Source of the DNA: a virus
Virus record (IMG/VR): IMGVR_UViG_3300049460_000196
Coordinates: 49,104 to 113,103 of that record
Strand: one strand, 5' to 3'
Length of the DNA stretch: 64,000 nt
This document shows positions 56,486 to 64,000 of this stretch, in pieces (position 1 is the first letter of the stretch; every line of letters starts with the position of its first letter). Below the pieces are notes generated by a model. The model saw nothing but the letters and a program-made list of their open reading frames with translations, made no database searches and was not told the DNA's origin. Position numbers and translations under genes: made by a program.

Positions 56486-56533
56486 TCAGCTTAAAGGATT
56501 TGAGCAAAAGATCAATATTGGAATAAAACAGAT

Positions 56534-56628
56534 TGGCAGAAGCAGTCAGATTCGAACTGACGGAGCGTGTGTCTAGCACGCTCGGCGGTTTTCAAGACCG
56601 CTGGGTTCAACCACTCCCCCATGCTTCC
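56534..56628 (-). tRNA. tRNA-Ser(TGA)
   Basis: class II cloverleaf, G73, CCA. Confidence 0.92.
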
Positions 56629-56665
56629 ATTCTAGTATTTATAGACCGCAAATGACGCGGGTTAA

Positions 56666-56786
56666 CTGGATCATCTTTTTATGTCACCGCTCTACCAACT
56701 GAGCTATGAGCAGCTTTATCCAAACTGCTCAGAAGGATTCGAACCTCCGACAAACGACTTGTATTAGATTTTGCTGAACTGATCCA
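56666..56786 (-). ncRNA. stem+CAGCAA repeat RNA, copy G, carrying a circularly permuted tRNA
   Basis: order T arm, acceptor closed by loop, D arm; TGGATCA/TGATCCA stem. Confidence 0.8.
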
Positions 56787-56855
56787 ACGTTGCTCGTCAC
56801 GGCCAGTGCATCACAACAATTCCAGTATAGAGTACTGGCACCAAAACCGCAAATT

Positions 56856-57807
56856 TTAATAATCGGGTTTCTGGTCGCCAGTTATCTTATTCAACGAATT
56901 CTTGCCAATATGATAGCCATTGCAATACAGACACTTCCAATTGCTGAAATGCACACCGCGCTTCTTGCCCATGGCTTCAGCAGATTTGAGTGCAGTGGCT
57001 TTGGTGTTGTACATGATCTTGGGCGTACCCTCTTTAGTAATATGCGACCTGATACTGAACCATCCTTTCAAATGGCCAGCACGCCAGTTCCGGATAAACC
57101 GGGACAGCGGAAATTGATCTTTTATGCCAAGATAGAGATTGCGTAGTGTGATTTTCATGATGGTTCATGGTAGCATGAACCAGTCATTGATTCAATATTA
57201 CTTGATACGACGAATGGTTCTGTCGACCATATCGGGGTCGGTTAGTTCAGTAAGTTGTGGCTTCGGGCGGAAATATTCTCTCAACTGATTCCGTAGCTCA
57301 ACGGCTTCTTGCGTTTCTGTATGTTGGGTGGTTTGTTCGCGGTGATTATACCACGACGTCCAACGAATACGAATGACTTTTTTGAAACGATACCATGCCT
57401 TAAAATGCAGTGTCACCTTGGTGTACACGCCATCATCAAGGATCTTTTCAGAGGTGTCTTCGTAGTATTCGACTTGCTTCAACAAATTTTCAGGCAGCAG
57501 CATCGTTATCCCTTTCGGCACGTTTAGCTTTTGCTCGTTCAAGAGCGCGTTCCAGAATTTCAACCGCACCAGGCCAGCTTCCATCGTGGATGACCTTGTA
57601 ATAATCCAGATCGAATTTGGTATTCTGGAGGTCGTCATACACGACATCGAAGAACTGTTGCTGCTCCAAGGGAATCAATGCCATGTGCTTTTGGAAAGCA
57701 CGATAGTTATTGCAGATGTCGCATTCACATCCGTTATGCTTGTGTGTTTCACTTGCTGTGTTCATATATGACCTTGCTATTGATTGAAGCCAGTATAGCA
57801 AGGTCAT
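56856..57807 (-). other. three hypothetical ORFs (56856-57158, 57198-~57506, 57490-57807)
   Basis: co-directional ORFs; two have CxxC motifs. Confidence 0.55.
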
Positions 57808-57822
57808 ACTCAGGATACAATA

Positions 57823-59376
57823 CTAGCAAGCATTTTGTGCGGCACATATACACCCGCCGTTCTTTGGACCACAACTCCAGCAAGGATTCACACATGCACC
57901 ACACGTTGCACCACTACATGTCAACAGCGTAATGTCAACCGGAGTATCATTGGGGGCGGTACCCGCCTTTGCCAAATGCAATGTCAATGGGAAGGTATTT
58001 GTTGCTCCAGATGCAAAGGTAAGTGTTACCAGATATGACAGTGTTGTGGTTGATTCTGGAGCAGTATCCAGTTTGCCCACTAGCCACCCATTACTCAAAC
58101 TCAAGCCAGATGGCAAGTCGTTATCGAGTTCGATCTTCGTCGTGTAACTGCCGTATGCAATGAAACCATGAATCTCCGTGTTGTCATAGGCAATACGGGT
58201 CATTGAATAATTGCCGGTATCAACACCTACGGGCATGTCCATGAAGAAGGTAGAAATCACGTTGATGCTTGTTTTATAGCGAGCATCACTCAAGTTGAGC
58301 ATGTTGGTTCTGAACAGCGAGAATGCACGCAGGTGATCCAAGTATTGGGCCGTGAAGCCATCATTTGAGTACAGGAAGTCACTATTGTAGGCCAAGCACG
58401 CAGTCATGATTGCGGCTGCAACGGAAGTGCCAGATGCTGAACCCATTGTACCATCAATACTTGCAACCTTGATGTTGGTACCAGGAGACCAGCAATCCAG
58501 CGCACCGGAGTTTGTTGCCTGTTGAGTGTTTGAAATATCGCTCGAGTAGTTGGAGAAGTCAGCTGGCTTGAATTCATCAGTGTATGCGCCAACTGTCAAT
58601 ACTGCTTCCATTGACGCTGGTGTGACATTCGCAATAGCCACACCGCTATTGCCAGCCGCAGCAACAACAAAGGCACCGGTATCAATCAAACCTTGAATGC
58701 GAGTTTCCACATAGGTGTTCTTGGGGATCGACCAACTCATATTCACGATTGCAACCGCACCTGGATTAGCCAACATGTCAATCAGAATCGCATCTAAGGC
58801 GCGAACGATATCAGAGACCATGGTTGCTGTGTTGGGATCAAAGATCTTCACGGCTTTTAGGGTTGAATCGCTGATGCCCAATGTGGTACCAACCACCAAG
58901 CTACTGAGTGCGGTACCATGACCGGATACGTCAGTATGATCGTCATTGAACGCAAACAAACGTTGAACTGTTGCATTGACTAAATCAGGATGATCCACCT
59001 TCACACCTGAATCGACCAGATAAACATTGGTCTTCTTACCGCGCTTCTGGAAGGTAGACGAATCTGCATTGAAGTCTACCACATTCGAACATGCAGTTTT
59101 CCACCAATCAGAGTCATGATCAAACGACGTTGTCTCGCCGGTGCTGGCAGGCAGGATTTCAACCACACCCAAAAGTTGGGCAGAGATATTTTGATCCTCA
59201 TGAACCTCAATGGCAAGCCCATCAATAGGTGGAACCGTGGCGCTGACCACCTTGTAGATGTTGACTGTGCTGGTCAATTTTTCAAAACTGATTGTATTGT
59301 CAGTCAACCATGTATCGATGCTCTCTTGGGTGGCATCAGCCCTAAATTCAACAATGTACGTCATCATAAACCTCAA
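57823..59376 (-). CDS. subtilisin-like (S8) serine protease with Cys-rich tail
   Basis: VDSG, HGT, AAGN and SGTS catalytic motifs. Confidence 0.9.
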   Translation of the reverse strand: MRFMMTYIVEFRADATQESIDTWLTDNTISFEKLTSTVNIYKVVSATVPPIDGLAIEVHEDQNISAQLLGVVEILPASTGETTSFDHDSDWWKTACSNVVDFNADSSTFQKRGKKTNVYLVDSGVKVDHPDLVNATVQRLFAFNDDHTDVSGHGTALSSLVVGTTLGISDSTLKAVKIFDPNTATMVSDIVRALDAILIDMLANPGAVAIVNMSWSIPKNTYVETRIQGLIDTGAFVVAAAGNSGVAIANVTPASMEAVLTVGAYTDEFKPADFSNYSSDISNTQQATNSGALDCWSPGTNIKVASIDGTMGSASGTSVAAAIMTACLAYNSDFLYSNDGFTAQYLDHLRAFSLFRTNMLNLSDARYKTSINVISTFFMDMPVGVDTGNYSMTRIAYDNTEIHGFIAYGSYTTKIELDNDLPSGLSLSNGWLVGKLDTAPESTTTLSYLVTLTFASGATNTFPLTLHLAKAGTAPNDTPVDITLLTCSGATCGACVNPCWSCGPKNGGCICAAQNAC

Positions 59377-59388
59377 ATGGATTGAGCA

Positions 59389-60285
59389 TCAACCCAATGG
59401 GCATGTCACAGAAACAAAAGGAGGTTTTTCGTAAAAATCCTTGTTGTATGTGAGTTTGATGCTGTAATGATTGCGAAATGCAATCAGATATTTATTCCGG
59501 AAGAGTTGGTCGAAAACTCGTTGAGATGGCAAATGAGCATACATTAACTTCATCGCCGAAGTTACTCGCTTGGTGCATGAATCATATGACAATTTGATTT
59601 GCTCAAAGCCAGTATATTTCTCCGGCTGACGTATGATTGGAAATCCCAAACGTTCATAGTGCTCACACTTGATTTCGTACGTCATCGCGATTCCATTTAG
59701 TGGAACACTTGCTACCAAACTGGCACGAGTGCTTTTATCGGTGCCATGTAGAAAGAACGGGATGATCGACCGGCCACGCATGGTCGCATATCTCTGAAGA
59801 CCATAGATGGTATTGTCGATAGACAATCCATTGATGTTTGGTAGATTACCAGAGAATATGCAGGTACCCGATGCCATAGTTGATATCGCCATATGGGTAC
59901 AGATTTGCGGACTTGCACACTCGTATCGGGTGGCGTATGAATCCAAGTTGTGCTCTAGAAATCGCACGATATCAAACATCTGAACTACCAGTTCGATACC
60001 TTCTCGTTCGCAGAACTGCTGTATTTCCTGATAGTCATGATGATTCAATCCCATATAGTTGACATGTAGGGCAGTGAATGGCACTTTAGCTTTATGCCAA
60101 ATATATGCCATAGCCTGGCTATCAACTCCACCAGAAACAAATAGAGTATAGGGAGCGGGATATGTGGCAACTATATGATGAACATACGCAACCAATTCAT
60201 CCATACAATTGAGGGTAAGGTCAGCATCATGCAGTGTGATGTGACACTCGCGATTCAAATTGAGGTTGTCGTCTGATAAGTTCAT
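59389..60285 (-). CDS. PP-loop (adenine nucleotide alpha-hydrolase) superfamily protein
   Basis: LFVSGGVDS motif. Confidence 0.65.
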   Translation of the reverse strand: MNLSDDNLNLNRECHITLHDADLTLNCMDELVAYVHHIVATYPAPYTLFVSGGVDSQAMAYIWHKAKVPFTALHVNYMGLNHHDYQEIQQFCEREGIELVVQMFDIVRFLEHNLDSYATRYECASPQICTHMAISTMASGTCIFSGNLPNINGLSIDNTIYGLQRYATMRGRSIIPFFLHGTDKSTRASLVASVPLNGIAMTYEIKCEHYERLGFPIIRQPEKYTGFEQIKLSYDSCTKRVTSAMKLMYAHLPSQRVFDQLFRNKYLIAFRNHYSIKLTYNKDFYEKPPFVSVTCPLG

Positions 60286-60346
60286 GGCATTACTATAAAA
60301 GTAATGCCATGCTGACGCAATTTAAATCGTTACATGAATTGCAAAT

Positions 60347-62346
60347 TCATTCCAGGTTACGATTGTCAAACAGTTCTGGGTCACGATCTTCGCGCAGAAT
60401 GACTGCATACTCACCACTTGACGTGGTATCGCATTGCCACAAGCCATCGACAAACTCAGCATCGCTGTATGCCTTATAGCTGTCCGTTAGGTCGTAGACG
60501 ACGTCCCCACGCTTCATGTCTTTGATTTGGATTTCCATTATTCGTCGTTGTCGCAGTAGATGACAGTCATGACGAGCAAGATAATACTGGTCACCACTCC
60601 CGCCAGCACAAATGCAAAATGACCGCCATTCGACCATATACAGGCTGTGGCCCAAACCATTGCCAGGGCGGCAATGAGAAACATTTTCCAGAATCGATTG
60701 AGCAAGAGGTCGAGCATAGTGGTCTCCAAAGTAATTGAAGCCACTATACTGGCACAGTTGACGAACGTCAACTGGAGGTGATTATTCTTTAATCAGCAAC
60801 ATCAGCGTGCCTTCGTGCAAGCCACGCGCAATGTGTTCAACCGACCAACCCATTTTCTTCTTGTACTCGCGGCCGGTTTTGCTCACCAGCACCATGTCGT
60901 AAACCAGGTCAGCGGTGGCCGTGCTGTTGCCGATGAACGAAGGGCGGCAGCCGACGATCTTGAACGAGTTACCGGCACGGACCGAACACGCGAGCGAAGT
61001 GCCCAAATACGGCTCCACCCAGGTGATAACGGTTCCATCTGGAAAAGGGGTCAGGGATGCACGCCAAGCCTTGTAACCGTGGAGGCTGGTAGCTGCCGTT
61101 ACATGAACGATGCCTTGAGTCATTTCTTCTCCTGCGACATTTTGGTGACGATCTCGTCAATGGTTGGGGATGGATCCACGTATCGAACAAGCTTGTGACC
61201 CATGTTACGGGGAGCACCAATGCGCTCCAGGCTTGGCCGTTTGTAGCGATTGTGATCGTCCAGCTGAACTTCACGAGCGGTGACCTTGACAACTTTGCGC
61301 AGATATTCACCACGTGGCAGATACATGGTTTGAACCACCACAGTTTCGCCTTCGCGGGGAACCCAGGTGGGCTTTTGATCGAAGCCAAGCGCACGTTCAA
61401 TGGCGTGCCCGATCATGTCGTCGTGGTTACTCATTTCATGCACTCTTTGTGGTAATAATCCCTCAAAGCTTCTTTGCCGCCGGTATTGTACAGGGCGAGC
61501 TTCAAGCGAATTTCCTTATCGTTCTGCACCACTATGCCACAGTGATACAGATCGCAATTGCCAATCTTGCCGGTCAGGATCGATTGCACGGACATGTCAC
61601 CCGAATTGCGGTCAACATTCAAAACATGGCCGATATGCAGATCGCAGGATTCCACAATCGAGCCGACTTTCACGTCTTTGCGCACGCCGCGATTCCAGAT
61701 GCGATGCATGCGAGCTTTCCAGTCAGCAGCGATTTTCAGCTTCTTTTTCTTTTCGCGCGTTTTCATTTGGTCTCTATTAATCGTGGAGCCACTTCAGGCA
61801 CTGGCCCAGCATCTTGATCGACACCATGACTGCTTGACCGAAGTCATCCATCAGGTACATGGGGCCGATGTCTTCCAGTTCGGTGGTGTAAAAGAGCCCA
61901 GTTTTATGCGTGATCTGAGCTGCTTCGTAGCCACCAGTGTTGTAGGTGGCGATAAGGTGTGCGACGCGTTCGTTGCTCATAGTCACTCCTTAGCGATTGT
62001 GCAACCCGTTGTCCATGTAGTCATCAAACCATTTCATGTGTTGACCCATTTGCAGACGAACCGCCGCCAGACGGCCCACGTTGAACACGTCGCCAGCAGC
62101 GATGAAGATCAGGTCAGTACGACGACCGGTTTTGTTTTCGTACTTGCGCACGCTCGACCACATTGCTTCTGGAGTGGCGATGCCCGCGTTGGCGCATTTT
62201 TCGGTGATCAGGAAGTCGGTAACTTGCTGGATATATTCAGCATCTTTCTCGGGGGTCGAGACGTCGCAACCCAGAACAACGATGCCCAGCCCTTGTTCGC
62301 GTTCGAACTTAGCCAGTTCGTTTTTGGCAATCGGTTCAGTGTTCAT
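60347..62346 (-). other. run of small early hypothetical ORFs (incl. 60782-61123, 61120-61443, 61431-61766, 61777-61986, 61990-62346)
   Basis: co-directional ORFs downstream of promoter 62378-62406. Confidence 0.6.
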
Positions 62347-62377
62347 GTTTGACTTTCTGTAAGTTCACAATACAGTC

Positions 62378-62406
62378 ATTATAATGACTAATGAACAAGA
62401 GATCAA
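62378..62406 (-). promoter_or_regulatory. sigma70-like early promoter
   Basis: TTGATC-17nt-TATAAT, TGTTCAT in spacer. Confidence 0.75.
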
Positions 62407-62563
62407 GTCTTAAATGAACTAACGGCCTTGAGGTCAGCAATGACGCGTTCCAATACATCGCGCCGTGCCTGATATGCATCAGGAGGCATTGCATCGTCCG
62501 TGCGTTGGTCGATGCCGATCATGCGCAGCTCTGCTTCGTATTTTTGGATCAAGTCTTGGATGC

Positions 62564-62827
62564 TCATACGTCCTCCCGGTTACGCCATGTTGCTTGTGGC
62601 AAAATATCGTCGAGCGTTTGCTTCTCTTTAACCAGTGTTTGATTCAACATCGCCTGCAATACCGTTACGGTAAAGCCTGATGCCAATGCGGCAAAAATGC
62701 ACTGGTCCAATACTTCAAGGATTTGCAGTGATGTTGGTTCCTCGTCCCATTTCTCAATCAGGGGGAACATACTGTGGTCCAGTTGACTATCGGGTGCCTG
62801 GAGCAGCATTGCTTTGATATTCTGCAT
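62564..62827 (-). CDS. hypothetical protein
   Basis: 87 aa, GAGGA RBS. Confidence 0.6.
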   Translation of the reverse strand: MQNIKAMLLQAPDSQLDHSMFPLIEKWDEEPTSLQILEVLDQCIFAALASGFTVTVLQAMLNQTLVKEKQTLDDILPQATWRNREDV

Positions 62828-62910
62828 AATGAATCCTCAAAAATTCATTATAACATATGGTGGGATGGTGGTGGCTGATTTTCTCTACGCCCAGCCACCT
62901 GAAGCGACTA

Positions 62911-63276
62911 CTATTTCATCCAGATTTTGAACTGAAGGAACGTCTTTTTGCCAGCCTTATATTCATCACTCAAGGTCTGGCTGTATATCAATTGTTCGTT
63001 GAGGGTTGGCAACGTGGCCAATTCGCCATCAAGCTTGTCGCGGAAACGATTTGCAAACTTAACAGCGCGTTCCTTTGAATCATCATCGGCCAATTCCATA
63101 TCTAGGCGTGGAGCCAAAATGGCAGCAATGTCCAGGAACAGGTTGAACAACAGGTCGTCATCCGTGTACGAACGACGTGGGGTAGCGGCCAGAAACTTAC
63201 GACGTGAACTTGATTGGCGGATGTTCTGGATTGGACCAAGACCGCGAATAGGGAACAAGCTCAATGGATCTGACAT
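62911..63276 (-). CDS. hypothetical protein
   Basis: start MSDPL, after the tRNA. Confidence 0.6.
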   Translation of the reverse strand: MSDPLSLFPIRGLGPIQNIRQSSSRRKFLAATPRRSYTDDDLLFNLFLDIAAILAPRLDMELADDDSKERAVKFANRFRDKLDGELATLPTLNEQLIYSQTLSDEYKAGKKTFLQFKIWMK

Positions 63277-63292
63277 AACACCCTTTAAATTC

Positions 63293-63384
63293 TGGCAGAG
63301 AGTTAGGGATTCGAACCCTAGATGCAGCTTACGCCGCATGCTTCCTTAGCAGGGAAGTGCCTTCGACCGCTCGGCCAACTCTCC
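63293..63384 (-). tRNA. tRNA-Ser(GCT)
   Basis: class II cloverleaf, G73, CCA. Confidence 0.93.
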
Positions 63385-63433
63385 GTATCTTTAACGGGCT
63401 CTATTGTAGCATCACACTGGCAATACCACAAGA

Positions 63434-64000
63434 CTACTCGTCAACCATAATGCCAGCTTTAGAACTTGCTACTTTGGGCGAATCCCCCTTCCAACGATAG
63501 CGGTAATATTGACATGCCGCTTTATCGTTTTCATTCAAGCCCTCAGCATTTTGTTCACCGATGCCAATCTGATAATACATGATTGACTTTGAATTACGGC
63601 TGTGATCCAGAGCTATGACGTGCCCCATCTCGTGCATTACAACCAAGTTGAATATCTGATCACGATAACGACGATCTGCGAATGAATTCTCACTCAAGGT
63701 CATGGTGAATTCATATTCAGGACCACGAGCCGAACCTTGAGTTGCTTCCCCCAATGTCGCAGCATCCTCAAATGTGCCCCAATGAATTAAGCCAACATCA
63801 CTATTATTGCGCGACGAATAATCGCTTGACCGATTACCCATATACTTGAATGTTATGTTGCAGCCATTACCCCATTCACGATTGGCATTATCGATCGCTT
63901 CCAAGAATCGAGCTTGACTGATGCCCGCTGGCGCATTTGTCTTATCGTAATAGAACGGAATCTCCAGATGTTTGAATTGGCTGACCGGAGCGGGGGTGGG
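63434..64000 (-). CDS. matrixin/M10-type zinc metalloprotease (5' end probably outside window)
   Basis: HEMGHVIALDHS zinc motif and SIMY Met-turn. Confidence 0.85.
   Translation of the reverse strand, partial: PTPAPVSQFKHLEIPFYYDKTNAPAGISQARFLEAIDNANREWGNGCNITFKYMGNRSSDYSSRNNSDVGLIHWGTFEDAATLGEATQGSARGPEYEFTMTLSENSFADRRYRDQIFNLVVMHEMGHVIALDHSRNSKSIMYYQIGIGEQNAEGLNENDKAACQYYRYRWKGDSPKVASSKAGIMVDE

Noticed and set aside
17493-56786. CRISPR array reading of the dispersed repeats
   Set aside because: Copies are dispersed, degenerate and of variable length, with no regular spacers or cas genes

Overview
Segment of a large (jumbo-type) lytic phage, probably of a Gram-negative host. Evidence: an outer-membrane beta-barrel gene, sigma70-like early promoters, TAAATA late-promoter motifs, and a virion/tail-fibre block at 37.5-47.4 kb. 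The main feature is a minus-strand translation-related RNA region. By manual folding I count about 59 tRNA genes, many with non-standard folds. Three more tRNA genes are split at the anticodon arm by homing-endonuclease cassettes. The region also holds several G3.U70 (Ala-type) tRNA-like RNAs without a normal anticodon, five tRNAs whose CCA end is replaced by a long flanking helix, and an RNA carrying a copy of the 23S rRNA L11-binding domain. A repeated stem+CAGCAA RNA family carries anticodon loops, a permuted tRNA or long inserts as cargo. A leader peptide plus terminator at the head of the main array looks like an attenuator. Accessory proteins include NadV, NadM-Nudix, NAD kinase, a GluRS lacking its anticodon-binding domains, a stand-alone GatB/Yqey domain, two orphan antitoxin-like ORFs, and S8 and M10 proteases. 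My working inference is a translation-protection (anti-ribotoxin) system built from replacement and decoy RNAs. All RNA folds and protein assignments were made by eye, with no database search.
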